Below are positions 1-9,735 of a stretch of DNA of 64,000 nt, piece after piece. A program made the position numbers and the translations under genes. The stretch's first letter is position 1; each line of letters opens with the position of its first letter. Location: positions 140,795 to 204,794 of IMG/VR virus record IMGVR_UViG_3300008448_000001. One strand, written 5' to 3'. The notes under the pieces were generated by a model that was not told where the DNA came from, made no database searches, and worked only from the letters and a program-made list of their open reading frames with translations.

Positions 1-1
1 C

Positions 2-976
2 ATTAATCTTCTCGACAACAATCAACCGACATACGTTAAGGACTACCCTTTCGAGGTTGATTTGAACGCTAAGCAAGCCCTTTCAAAGAGTATTGGGAAT
101 CGCTTAAACGCCTCATTTGCCGGGACAAGCATGTGGCACACGCTGATAGGCTCCCTGCTGCCAGACATCGGGCTTTCGGTCGTGCCGCTCGCAGACTCCG
201 CCATCATTGCACCCGCCTTCGAAATGGCTCGGGAAGCTGGCGCCGTAATCTGGACGTCCGACGTAGCCGACATGCACTTATCCGTGCGATCGCAGCGTCC
301 GCTCTTCGGAGTAGGCGTGATGCACGAGCAGCACATGGGAAGCCTACCTGCACAATCTAAACAGTGCGTTGGCGGGTCCTACACCGCAAGCCTGGACGGC
401 GTGGTGGACGGGATGTGGCTTTTCGTGCCCGCTCCGGACTGGCTTTCGGCCTGGGACAGCCTCGACGACAATGCGGTCAACGGCAACGGAAGCGTAAACA
501 ACTTGTTGACGCAAGTTGTGAACACTGCTGTGGGAAGCGACAACTCAGCGGTGCAAGAGCAAGCCGAGACAACGGTTGTCGACTGGAATGACGTGTCCAA
601 CAAGTACGCTCAAATGATTTACGCTGCGAACGCTTTGCAAGGCCGCGAAGGAACGTTAACGGGAAAGTTGCGTTTCGACATAGCGCCCGGCAGCACAGTC
701 GTAATCCGTGCGGACGCCGCAACCAAAAGTGCAGGTATTGACGACCTTGCGACAGATATTTACGGTTTCGTGAACCGTGTTACCGTTACTATCAACGCCC
801 AGGATGCCAGTGCGACAACGTCTTTCAACCTAGCGAATTTGCGAACGGCGGAGGAGAATGACTTGTCGCGGTTCTCAATGGATTCGCACCCGTTTTACGG
901 GGTAAAGTATTTCAACTACGCGCCATTGATCCCGGGCTTCGAAAAGCTGACGGAAGCCGAACGCAAAGCAATTTAG
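2..976 (+). CDS. baseplate hub / late-control-D-like tail protein (5'-truncated by window)
   Basis: Frame open from position 2; C-terminus (GTLTGKLRFDIAPGSTVVI...GFVNRVTVTI...TTSFNL) resembles the end of hub proteins; lies upstream of gp25- and J-like genes. Confidence 0.5.
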   Translation: MNLLDNNQPTYVKDYPFEVDLNAKQALSKSIGNRLNASFAGTSMWHTLIGSLLPDIGLSVVPLADSAIIAPAFEMAREAGAVIWTSDVADMHLSVRSQRPLFGVGVMHEQHMGSLPAQSKQCVGGSYTASLDGVVDGMWLFVPAPDWLSAWDSLDDNAVNGNGSVNNLLTQVVNTAVGSDNSAVQEQAETTVVDWNDVSNKYAQMIYAANALQGREGTLTGKLRFDIAPGSTVVIRADAATKSAGIDDLATDIYGFVNRVTVTINAQDASATTSFNLANLRTAEENDLSRFSMDSHPFYGVKYFNYAPLIPGFEKLTEAERKAI

Positions 977-992
977 ACCGGAGACCTTTCGC

Positions 993-1727
993 ATGATGAA
1001 CGATTATTTAGAAGACGAATTTCGCCCGGCCTTTCAGACGTGGCAGGCCGATAAGACGCCAACCGGTAATGCCGCCTTTTTGAAAGCGATCGACCCTGTC
1101 ATTAACCAGGGCCTTCAAGCTTACGGTGACGACAGCCCTTTGCTGCGAAGCCGCGCAAGGTTATTGGCCTTAGACGCTGCGAACAAGTACGATCCTAAAA
1201 GGTCTAGGCTGCGGTCGCACATTGTTACAAATATGCAGGGACTCAGGCGGATATCTCGTCAACAAAACCAGATTGTCAACGCTCCCGAGCGTATTGTGCT
1301 TGAAAACCACAAGCTTCGGTCGGCTACGCAAGAGCTTGCCGATGAGCTGGGGCGAGAACCAACGGATGCAGAGCTTTCCGATTTCATGCGGGTTTCGATT
1401 CCGCGTATCGCCAAGATAAGGAAGTACCAGCCGGGATTCAGCACGGGTCAAGCCGAAAGTCCGGAATCAAATTTTGAAAGCATGGCCAGCAGGCTTCCTG
1501 GCGACACCGGTGCCTCGGATCTCTGGTTACAGGTGGTGCATCAAGATTTAGATCCGATTGACCAGCAAATTTTAGAAATGACTCTCGGTATGAATAACAG
1601 GCGTAAGTTTTCCAACCTAGAGATCGCAAAAGCGCTGAACCGAACGCCAGCGGCTATTACGCAGCGGAAAGAAAAAATCCAACGTCTTTTAGACCAAGAA
1701 CAAGCTCTTTCACCTTTTATCTCGTAA
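993..1727 (+). CDS. sigma-70 family RNA polymerase sigma factor
   Basis: Region 2 (ALDAANKYDPKRSRLRSHI), region 3 (LADELGREPTDAELS), region 4 HTH (LDPIDQQILEMTLG...SNLEIAKALNRTPAAITQRKEKI). Confidence 0.85.
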   Translation: MMNDYLEDEFRPAFQTWQADKTPTGNAAFLKAIDPVINQGLQAYGDDSPLLRSRARLLALDAANKYDPKRSRLRSHIVTNMQGLRRISRQQNQIVNAPERIVLENHKLRSATQELADELGREPTDAELSDFMRVSIPRIAKIRKYQPGFSTGQAESPESNFESMASRLPGDTGASDLWLQVVHQDLDPIDQQILEMTLGMNNRRKFSNLEIAKALNRTPAAITQRKEKIQRLLDQEQALSPFIS

Positions 1728-1731
1728 CAGC

Positions 1732-2196
1732 ATGGCACAACAAAGTCTTATAGACCCGAATTTGAGCAAAGTCCTGGTTCAGCTTGCGAAGCTTAAAAAG
1801 AAAGCCGCGCAAGCTCGGCGACAAAACAAGCCCGTGGGTTGGTTACGCCCTGCTGTGGACATAGCGAACATTGACATCACTACGCTGAACGGCTTAAAAG
1901 GCCTTAGAGCCGTCTTCAACACGGACAAAGCGGAAGAAGCGTTGATAAAGGCTGCTACGCCCGGCAGTATTGGAAATTCATCGGACATGATCGTTTTACC
2001 TTCCCAAATAGACTACATGCAGCAGTTGGAACGAGCATACCGGGCCCGGTATCAGACCTTTCCTCGAGCGGTTGCGCACTTGGCGGGAAGAGAGCTCGGT
2101 CACGGTAGTGACAACGGGGTCATCGCCGGTTTACCTATCCGTTACTTCACTGATTTGATTTCCCAAGGTGCGACAGGCGACGGAGGTGCCGTATAA
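1732..2196 (+). CDS. hypothetical protein (structural operon)
   Basis: 154 aa ORF, TAATG-coupled to the next gene. Confidence 0.65.
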   Translation: MAQQSLIDPNLSKVLVQLAKLKKKAAQARRQNKPVGWLRPAVDIANIDITTLNGLKGLRAVFNTDKAEEALIKAATPGSIGNSSDMIVLPSQIDYMQQLERAYRARYQTFPRAVAHLAGRELGHGSDNGVIAGLPIRYFTDLISQGATGDGGAV

Positions 2197-2684
2197 TGTA
2201 TTTTTCTGGAAGTGTTCAGCAATACAAAGGGAAAACAGTCGATTTTCTCATGTACGATGGGGCGAAACCCTCCGGTGACACGCAAGTCTTGCCTGCACTC
2301 GTACAGGAAGGTCAAAGCGGAGCGTTGATAACTGGCCCGGCTAAGCTGGCTCAACGATTTTTGCTCGAGCTGCTTACCGATAAGGGTTCGCTGCAGTACG
2401 ACATTAATCGCGGCACTTTTTTCATGACGCAGATCCGGAGCGGGTTAGCCCGGACGTCCGCCGACCTGTTTCAAATTTTCGCAGCTAGCGAACTGGACTT
2501 GCGAAACAATTTACGCTTAGAAGATGACACCTCTTTTCCAGACGACGAGCGGTATGCTTCTTCGGAGCTTTTGGATGCCTCTTTCATAGGGGATGCGATT
2601 TACCTTAGAATACAGCTCAACAGCGTGGCTGGTGAGTCGCGAGAAGTTCTGTTTCCACTACGAATCCCGGCGGTTCAGCTATGA
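2196..2684 (+). CDS. gp25/gpW-like baseplate wedge protein
   Basis: LAQRFLLELLTDKGSLQYDINRGT motif typical of gp25/gp46-like proteins; immediately upstream of baseplate J-like gene. Confidence 0.65.
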   Translation: MYFSGSVQQYKGKTVDFLMYDGAKPSGDTQVLPALVQEGQSGALITGPAKLAQRFLLELLTDKGSLQYDINRGTFFMTQIRSGLARTSADLFQIFAASELDLRNNLRLEDDTSFPDDERYASSELLDASFIGDAIYLRIQLNSVAGESREVLFPLRIPAVQL

Positions 2685-4348
2685 CTCTAACCTATTCCGA
2701 CTTTGAAATCTCCGATCTTTCGCAATTGGATGCAGCCGATGTGCAACAGACGCTGCTGCGGACTATTGCGCAGCTGCAAGCGTTGAATCCGACGTTGGAT
2801 TTACGCCGAGGAGCTTTCCGCGACACCATTGCTTACTTGCAGTCAGTTTTGGGTACTGCCGCTCGCGTAAACTTGGAGCGGTACCAGTCTGCAAGAAGTC
2901 TACAACGCATTCAAGAGGATCCGACGCTCGCTGACGAAACTGTGGTCAGCGAAGTGCTTTCCAACTGGGGTATTGTGCGAAAGACCGGCACCAAGGCAAG
3001 CGGGCCGGTCACGATCGAACTTTCAGCACTTCGACCGTTAACGATACCGCAAAACAGCGTGTTTGAAGCTAACGGCTTCCAATACTTGGCCACGGCGACT
3101 TTTATCGGAAGAATATCGGCTGCCCAAATACTGGGGAGCAACGACCGGCTGCTGGTTCCACTTAGCAACGGCAACTACGCTTTCACGATCGAGGTAGAAG
3201 CCGTGGATATCGGTGCCGACAGGAAGCTGAATGCAGGCGACCTAATAGTCCCCAACCGCGCGGTCGTTAACTACGTCACAAGCTATGCCACGTCTTCTTT
3301 CGAGGACGGAACCAACACCGAGACAAACGAAGAGCTTATTAACGAGTTGCAGCTGGGTGTCGCGGCAAAAACGCTCTCGAACCGCACGAACATGCGCGCC
3401 TACTTGCGAAGTCTGCCGCAGTTCGAGTCGGTCACAAATCAATCCATCGTCGGTTGTGGCGATCCCGAAATGCTGCGGGACAAACACACCATCTTCCCGA
3501 CGCTTACCGGCGGTAGGGTAGACTGGTACATACGCGGGCAATCTGCGTTGCAACGAAAAACGGTTGCAGTCGTGGCCACCTGCATGTCGGTATCAACGCT
3601 TACAGGAACAAGTGAGTGGCAGTTTGCTGTTCCGGCGACAACTCTTCCCGGGTTTTACGAGGTGGACAAGATACGCAAGGCAACCGACTCTGCTGTCGTG
3701 TCAGGCTTCGGTATCGTATCGGACACGCGTTACACCGCGTTACCTGCAAGCGGTTTCTCCCCGGACATTGCAACAGCAGAGGAGAGCGCATATTCCGCTT
3801 TCCAGTCCGCAATTATCCTTTTCACAGATACGGTCACATCGGTTGCAGATTTAGCCGTCGGTCAGACCGCAGAGTATGTTTACGAGATAACGGGCACGCC
3901 ACATGTCCGTGAACTGCAGGATCTTGTTTCCAGCCGAGATATCCGGCACTACGGCGCCGATGCCTTGATCAAAGCCCCTGTCCCGTGCTTTGTCAGCGTG
4001 ACTCTTACGATAAACAAGGCTGCTGACGATGTTTCTCCGTCGCTAGAGCCTATTCGGTCCGCCATTGTGACGGCGATTAACTCCGTCGACTTCCAAGGCG
4101 TGTTACCTGGTTCTTTGATCGTGGATACCGTGCACAACTACCTGCAAGGTCGATTGAACGTCACGGAACTGGATCTTTTGGGTCGGATTCGCATGCCGGA
4201 CGGCACCATCAAGTATTTACGCAGCGATGACGCCTTGATAATACCAGAACTTCCTGGAAAAATGGTAACCTCCAAGACAGTTCAGTTTTTTGCCGAAGCG
4301 ATAGACGTAAACTTGAACGTAATCTCCTCAATACCGGTTGCAACCTAA
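2681..4348 (+). CDS. baseplate J-like protein
   Basis: WGIVRKTGTKASGPVTI, IPQNSVF, VEAVDIG, FEDGTNTETNEELI, GGRVDWYI: hallmark motifs of baseplate J/gp47. Confidence 0.8.
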   Translation: MTLTYSDFEISDLSQLDAADVQQTLLRTIAQLQALNPTLDLRRGAFRDTIAYLQSVLGTAARVNLERYQSARSLQRIQEDPTLADETVVSEVLSNWGIVRKTGTKASGPVTIELSALRPLTIPQNSVFEANGFQYLATATFIGRISAAQILGSNDRLLVPLSNGNYAFTIEVEAVDIGADRKLNAGDLIVPNRAVVNYVTSYATSSFEDGTNTETNEELINELQLGVAAKTLSNRTNMRAYLRSLPQFESVTNQSIVGCGDPEMLRDKHTIFPTLTGGRVDWYIRGQSALQRKTVAVVATCMSVSTLTGTSEWQFAVPATTLPGFYEVDKIRKATDSAVVSGFGIVSDTRYTALPASGFSPDIATAEESAYSAFQSAIILFTDTVTSVADLAVGQTAEYVYEITGTPHVRELQDLVSSRDIRHYGADALIKAPVPCFVSVTLTINKAADDVSPSLEPIRSAIVTAINSVDFQGVLPGSLIVDTVHNYLQGRLNVTELDLLGRIRMPDGTIKYLRSDDALIIPELPGKMVTSKTVQFFAEAIDVNLNVISSIPVAT

Positions 4349-4349
4349 A

Positions 4350-5273
4350 ATGCCAAAGAAAGTCAGTGGTAAGTCGGAAGTCGTCAGAATTTTAACGAAA
4401 TCCGACATGGCGACGTCAAAAACGCGCCAAAACAAGCAAGCTATCACGTTTGCCACCGATTACTTGGTTTTTTTCGGCTATTTGACCGTCGAACTGCTGA
4501 AAAGCGTGAGTATGGACGATATTCACGCTGGAATTAAGGTTTTTCAACGATATTTTGGCATAAAAGCAGACGGAATGCTCACCGAGGAGACACTTCGCGC
4601 CATGCAGGTTCCTCGCTGCGGTTGCCCGGACAAGTTGGACAAATCCAACGGAAAGCACGTAGAATTCTTGCGTGCTGCCGAAGTTGCAGCTGAAAGACGT
4701 GATCGATGGAACAAAACAGGTTTGACTTACTTTGTTGCAGACTACGTCGGAGGCAAAATACCTAAATCCGAGCAACGCCGCATTTTCCAGGAAGCCTTCA
4801 AGGCTTGGGACGACGTGTGCGGTTTGGACATTTCCGAAAGTAAGGACGTCGAAACCACGGACATCGTCATCACCACAGGGAAAGGCCTTCAACATCAGTT
4901 TGATGGAAAAGGTGGGACGCTCGCTTGGGCTTACATGCCAAGAGGCGACAACGAAAAGCTACTGATGCGTTTCGACTTGGAAGAAACCTGGGTGGCAAAC
5001 AAAGGCGAGCGGGGTATACTGTTATCTAACGTTGCATGCCACGAGTTCGGCCATCTGCTTGGGCTACTCCATTCGGATAGGAACCAGGCCTTGATGGCAC
5101 CGTACTACAACCCGTTCGTCGGAACACCACAATCGGTCGATGACATCTCTCGAATACAGAAGCTTTACGGGCCCAACCAAAACCCAGAGAAGCTCAAGTC
5201 GAACATTGTTCAAACCAAAAATACCATCGAGGTAAAGTTACAACCGGGTCAGAAGTTAATCGTTACCAATTGA
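4350..5273 (+). CDS. matrixin-family (M10) zinc metalloprotease with propeptide and cysteine switch
   Basis: IKVFQRYFGIKADG propeptide helix, PRCGCPD switch, FDGKGGTLAWAY, HEFGHLLGLLHS zinc motif, ALMAPYY Met-turn. Confidence 0.9.
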   Translation: MPKKVSGKSEVVRILTKSDMATSKTRQNKQAITFATDYLVFFGYLTVELLKSVSMDDIHAGIKVFQRYFGIKADGMLTEETLRAMQVPRCGCPDKLDKSNGKHVEFLRAAEVAAERRDRWNKTGLTYFVADYVGGKIPKSEQRRIFQEAFKAWDDVCGLDISESKDVETTDIVITTGKGLQHQFDGKGGTLAWAYMPRGDNEKLLMRFDLEETWVANKGERGILLSNVACHEFGHLLGLLHSDRNQALMAPYYNPFVGTPQSVDDISRIQKLYGPNQNPEKLKSNIVQTKNTIEVKLQPGQKLIVTN

Positions 5274-5283
5274 AAGGAAGTTT

Positions 5284-5625
5284 ATGCTTGCTGAACTTAC
5301 GCTGGATTTAGAGACGCTGGTCAACGCTGTAAAGGCTGCCGCAGCTGTCGGTCTTTTGGGTGCCGCAGCTTTTTTCAGTTACCGGCATTTCGCCCCGAGA
5401 CGCAAAGTGAATGCGAACGCGTTCCGTGAAGAATACAAACGAAAGGACTCCGGTCGCAGCAGCGATGCGCCGCCTCCGGTAGGTTTTGCGGAACACTTGC
5501 AGATCATAGAAAACACGGCTCCAAACGCGGGACCGGAAGTTTGGTGGAGCTACGCAAAGGGCGAGCTCACCGAGGCAGAAGTCGCGATAGCCGAGGCCAA
5601 GCTGGCCACGCACAACAAACAATAA
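5284..5625 (+). CDS. membrane protein (single N-terminal TM)
   Basis: RBS GAAAGGAAG; hydrophobic AAAAVGLLGAAAFF followed by basic residues. Confidence 0.7.
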   Translation: MLAELTLDLETLVNAVKAAAAVGLLGAAAFFSYRHFAPRRKVNANAFREEYKRKDSGRSSDAPPPVGFAEHLQIIENTAPNAGPEVWWSYAKGELTEAEVAIAEAKLATHNKQ

Positions 5626-5636
5626 GGGCAATCTTG

Positions 5637-6023
5637 ATGAATACTGCACGGATCGCAGGCGAAGAAAATACACCCAGCTTCCCGTGGGCCATTTTGGTTT
5701 GCGGTTTGCTGGGTGTTTTGTTATTGGTTCCGACCAGCTGGTTTTCGCCAAACCGAAAAACGCTAAATGCGGATTTAGCGAATGAAGCTTTTGAAACCTA
5801 CGAAAGTCTTTGGCGAATCCACCAAGGAAAAGCTGCCGACAGGTTAAGCACAGGCGAACTGCAAACTGAACAAGAAGTCTGGGAGTTTCAAGCCGCCGGG
5901 CAAGAACCTGCTCGCAAGCTTGCTTTCGAAAAACTGGCCCGAGCCGAGGCCGACTACTTCAAAAACAAAGGCGGCTGGTCCAAAGAGTCGCACGAGTCCC
6001 TGTTACGGAGCTATGCAAAATAA
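5637..6023 (+). CDS. membrane-anchored helical protein
   Basis: TM FPWAILVCGLLGVLLLVP; start moved to ATG 5637; TAATG-coupled to next gene. Confidence 0.7.
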   Translation: MNTARIAGEENTPSFPWAILVCGLLGVLLLVPTSWFSPNRKTLNADLANEAFETYESLWRIHQGKAADRLSTGELQTEQEVWEFQAAGQEPARKLAFEKLARAEADYFKNKGGWSKESHESLLRSYAK

Positions 6024-6979
6024 TGATTTTTACGAGTTACAATTTCGAGCGAGAAGATCGCAAGTACTTGAAGTCGCTGCCTGTTTTACCGATGCAAAGT
6101 AGTGTGTGGCGGTCTTTCCGGCGGCCCTCCGAAGTGGCTATCGACTGGCACCGCGAGGAAAATCAGTTTCAGATCGGAAGTTGCCAAGGCAACTCGCTTT
6201 CCTCGGTACTAGAACGCTGCGCTTTCGTGGCCGGCAAGAAGGTGCAGCTCTCCAGAATCTTTGCGTACCTGGCAACACAGAAGATCGACGGGCTTCTCGG
6301 GTCTGACAACGGGTCAACGGTTTCCGGCGGCGCGAAGCTGGCGATAGAGACCGGGTGTCCGCTGGAGAAGTTGACAGGGTACCCTCGGGCATACCCTGGC
6401 CGAGCCGAACGCAACGAGATTTTGAGTGAAGCTAATTACAAGGCGGGTGCTGAGTACAAGGCAAAATCTGCGTGGCAGGTTTCTCCCGATCACGACGAAT
6501 TACTTGACTTCATTGGTGGCGGGGGTGCCATCAACTTCGGTATTCGTTACGGGGGTTCGACAATACCCTCCGACCGAGTGATCCGTCGTTTCGTTCCAGG
6601 TCGCGGCGGTCACGCCATGTGCATCCTAGGCTACACCCGTGACGGCGACCTTCGTGCAATGAATTCGCACGGGGATGGGCAGTACTTGATCACGCCGAGC
6701 GCTTGGAAGGCCATGCTTGCTGACAGTTGGACTACTGCGATCGGCCTTATGGGATCCAAAGAGCCTGTGCCTGTAGATTGGTACAGTAATTCGCCATACT
6801 TCAAGATAACGGAAAAGTCCGCCGAAGTCGAAGCGGAAGAAGAGCGAGAGCATCTGGCGGAAGAAGAGCGAGAGCATCTGCTCGAGTTACTCCACATGCA
6901 TGAGGCGGACAGTCACGAAGAACCGACGAATGAGGCAGATGACTACGAGGAGTTTGACGATGAAGAAATTGGTAGCTAG
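6023..6979 (+). CDS. papain-like (C1) cysteine peptidase with acidic tail
   Basis: ENQFQIGSC (oxyanion Q plus catalytic C), GGHAMCILGY (His), RAMNSHG (Asn); Glu-rich tail with a 24-nt tandem duplication at 6833-6880. Confidence 0.85.
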   Translation: MIFTSYNFEREDRKYLKSLPVLPMQSSVWRSFRRPSEVAIDWHREENQFQIGSCQGNSLSSVLERCAFVAGKKVQLSRIFAYLATQKIDGLLGSDNGSTVSGGAKLAIETGCPLEKLTGYPRAYPGRAERNEILSEANYKAGAEYKAKSAWQVSPDHDELLDFIGGGGAINFGIRYGGSTIPSDRVIRRFVPGRGGHAMCILGYTRDGDLRAMNSHGDGQYLITPSAWKAMLADSWTTAIGLMGSKEPVPVDWYSNSPYFKITEKSAEVEAEEEREHLAEEEREHLLELLHMHEADSHEEPTNEADDYEEFDDEEIGS

Positions 6980-7565
6980 TTTTTTTACCGCCGCTTTACT
7001 GTTCTTGCTAGGGTGCTCACCTTCACCGCAACCGTTGAAAGACGATCTCGTTGAACGCTTCAACGCTGCGGTCACGGAATCCATCCAACAGTCCCACAGC
7101 GAGACAATGTCGGAGTTGCAAAGTTACCGTTCGACACTGGAACGTATCGAACAAGCCGTCAACGATCTTCAAGCGAAGGCGAAAGAGCCGCAAGCGAATA
7201 CAGTGCTTGCAAAGCCTGTGCAAGCGGCTAACGTACGCGTTGACGCTCCGACATTTTCAAACGGGAGCGTAACACGCATGCCGGGCTCAAACTGGAACGT
7301 AGAAGGTGACTGGAACTACACACTCGTTGAGCTTGCGGATCACCTTCGGCAAGTTCACGGTTTGAACGTAGACGGAAAAACCATGACCGAACTGCAAGCC
7401 ATGCACGATAATTTGCATAACGGCTACTCGGCTTATGGCTCGCAGATTCGATCCGTGAACGCTGCCCCTGTGACTCAATACTACGCAACAAACCGAGCCC
7501 CGACAGTTTTTCGCAGAAATCGTACCTACAGCACATGCCCGCAAGGGCAACCGTGTCCCCAATAA
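6960..7565 (+). CDS. lipoprotein with coiled coil and His/Cys-rich C-terminus
   Basis: MKKLVASFFTAALLFLLGC lipobox; heptad region; HL..VHG...MHDNLH; ends TCPQGQPCPQ. Confidence 0.75.
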   Translation: MKKLVASFFTAALLFLLGCSPSPQPLKDDLVERFNAAVTESIQQSHSETMSELQSYRSTLERIEQAVNDLQAKAKEPQANTVLAKPVQAANVRVDAPTFSNGSVTRMPGSNWNVEGDWNYTLVELADHLRQVHGLNVDGKTMTELQAMHDNLHNGYSAYGSQIRSVNAAPVTQYYATNRAPTVFRRNRTYSTCPQGQPCPQ

Positions 7566-7852
7566 TGTTAAACTACCCGGTCGGCATACCCGAGAAGTTG
7601 CATTCCACCCTGTCGCAATTGTTGCAAACAGGGTGCGTAGATTTCAACGGCGGTACGGCGGACTTTTCCAACTTGCAGGAAGTAACTTTGCAGGCAGGTG
7701 TCCTTCGCTTCAATCCTCCCGTGAAGGTGCGAGTGAAAGTCGGCCCGATAATGGTAAAGACGACGATATCTGGTGTAAAAAACGTCGGCGGCGGCCTTAA
7801 GGTCGAAATCGATAACTCGCCCATCGACGTGCTTTTGAAAGCAGAGGATTAG
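7565..7852 (+). CDS. hypothetical protein
   Basis: TAATG coupling at 7563-7567. Confidence 0.65.
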   Translation: MLNYPVGIPEKLHSTLSQLLQTGCVDFNGGTADFSNLQEVTLQAGVLRFNPPVKVRVKVGPIMVKTTISGVKNVGGGLKVEIDNSPIDVLLKAED

Positions 7853-7853
7853 T

Positions 7854-8207
7854 ATGGATTGGGAAAAGACGGCGACGGCATTCTGCGCTTCGCGCAACCT
7901 GGACGATTTAACCTACATGCAAGCCGTAGGCAAAAATCGTAGCCGGGAAATATTTCGCATTGAAAAGGAGCGGGCAGACGTTCGCAGGGCAATGGACGCG
8001 GTCAAACAAGCTTGGGAGGAAAACCCAAACGCTAATCGCGCTCAACTTGAAAAGAAGGCCTACAAGTTCATCACGGGCGGCGTCATTCTAACGCTATTAC
8101 TGCAAGTTCTGCTGTCGGCTACAATGAAGCTTGCTATCGATTACTTTCTAGACAAGCTATTCCAAGAAAAAGCCGATGCCGCAACTTTACAAGTATCCTC
8201 AGAATGA
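7854..8207 (+). CDS. hypothetical membrane protein
   Basis: Hydrophobic FITGGVILTLLLQVLLSA segment. Confidence 0.65.
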   Translation: MDWEKTATAFCASRNLDDLTYMQAVGKNRSREIFRIEKERADVRRAMDAVKQAWEENPNANRAQLEKKAYKFITGGVILTLLLQVLLSATMKLAIDYFLDKLFQEKADAATLQVSSE

Positions 8208-9735
8208 CTTCGATAGACCTGACTCGCTGCTGAGCGTACTGGGTAGCTTTTGGGCTTCGCTTTACCAGGGTAACGGCCTGGTTTCGGATATCAGTAACGT
8301 TGTCGGGCAGCTATACCAGCAAGTCAACACGCAGTTCCTTGAGCTAGTAAACAGCGTTTCACGAAAAAACGTGCCTGTCTATCATCAAGACGACTGGTAC
8401 GCAGTGCAGGTAAGACGTTCAGCTCTTAACACCGACATAAGTTTGCTTGCGCGTTATCTCACGGGAACAGCCTACAAGTACAAAAGCCAAGCTGAACTTT
8501 TCTACGGACAAATACCGACTTCTCGTTATTACGCGATCAGTAAGCCTCGCGAGCTTGTAGAGTGCTCCGTCGTATTTGAACAGGTCACGCAGCCTACGGT
8601 GCAGATGCTTAACGGCATCGACTTCTGGCTGGAAGAAAACACAGTTGTTTTTGTCGCTAACCCGTTCGACAACCCGGACATTCCGAAGAAGGAAATATTG
8701 AACGCGGTTGGGGAGATCGTTGACACTGAAATTACCTTGTGGTTTTATCGATCTAAGTGGGACTGGAATTACATTTACGACCAGTTCGGTTACGCTCTGA
8801 ATTTGCCTATGCGATCCAGCGCAGGCTACAAGACGCTGGTGAACGCTGTACTCGAAAGCTTTAACGAGGGGACCAGCGCTCGTTCGCAGCAACAAGCTTT
8901 GGCCGCTGTCTTTGGCATACCTCTAGTGATCGATGCAACGGAAGTTGTCGAAGCCATTGCCACCGACGCAACAGGTTTGAAAGTGATAACGAACTCAAAC
9001 GTGTATGCATATCCTTCCACGGCAACGCCTGTCGTTTCCGTCGGGCAGACGGTTTACGCAGGCCAGTCGCTCACTGACACGTTCGAAATCATTGAGCTTA
9101 ACCGGGGATTCGACGTTAATTGCGGCGTCGACAGTTTAACGATGGACACCGGTATGCTGACGAAGGGGTATCACGACGGCCTCGTTTTTTCGAACGCAAA
9201 CGTCCCGGTACAAACAGAACTTGATGTCGACGGCTATACCAAGGTCACCTGGGATTTGGGCGGCTTTCCGCGAGACGTTTCGAAGTTTTGGGAGGATGTC
9301 CACGCAAACGGCATAGCTAAGAACGAAACATTAGCGATGCTGCTAGACGTGCGGGAGAACCCTGTCGGCCAGCCGACGGCTGACTCTTTGCCTGCGGAGA
9401 TCAACCCGTTGAAGTTTCTGGTAGACAACCTGCTCCGGTTCAACGTTTTCATCGTGAAAGTTAAACCTGGAAGCAAACTGCAGAATAGGCTAGAATTTGT
9501 GCCTGTGTCGCAGCTTCGAAAGGTGATGCCACCGCACACGTTGATGATCTTGCTGGTGGACTTAGCGTATGCCGACAACCCTATCATCATGGAAGGTTAC
9601 GGTACGCCGGAGTCGCCAGGGTACACTGAAAGCTTTGAAAACTTCCAGTGTTTAACCGTTTCCGAGTCGCTTGGATACGAAGCATACGTAACTGAAGAGT
9701 CAAAAATAAAATCAATCAGTGGAAGGTGCGTTTAA
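8176..9735 (+). CDS. baseplate wedge protein (P2 gpI-like, putative)
   Basis: LLSVLGSFW N-terminus, FGYALNL, LRKVMPPHT near the C-terminus; position after J-like gene. Confidence 0.55.
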   Translation: MPQLYKYPQNDFDRPDSLLSVLGSFWASLYQGNGLVSDISNVVGQLYQQVNTQFLELVNSVSRKNVPVYHQDDWYAVQVRRSALNTDISLLARYLTGTAYKYKSQAELFYGQIPTSRYYAISKPRELVECSVVFEQVTQPTVQMLNGIDFWLEENTVVFVANPFDNPDIPKKEILNAVGEIVDTEITLWFYRSKWDWNYIYDQFGYALNLPMRSSAGYKTLVNAVLESFNEGTSARSQQQALAAVFGIPLVIDATEVVEAIATDATGLKVITNSNVYAYPSTATPVVSVGQTVYAGQSLTDTFEIIELNRGFDVNCGVDSLTMDTGMLTKGYHDGLVFSNANVPVQTELDVDGYTKVTWDLGGFPRDVSKFWEDVHANGIAKNETLAMLLDVRENPVGQPTADSLPAEINPLKFLVDNLLRFNVFIVKVKPGSKLQNRLEFVPVSQLRKVMPPHTLMILLVDLAYADNPIIMEGYGTPESPGYTESFENFQCLTVSESLGYEAYVTEESKIKSISGRCV

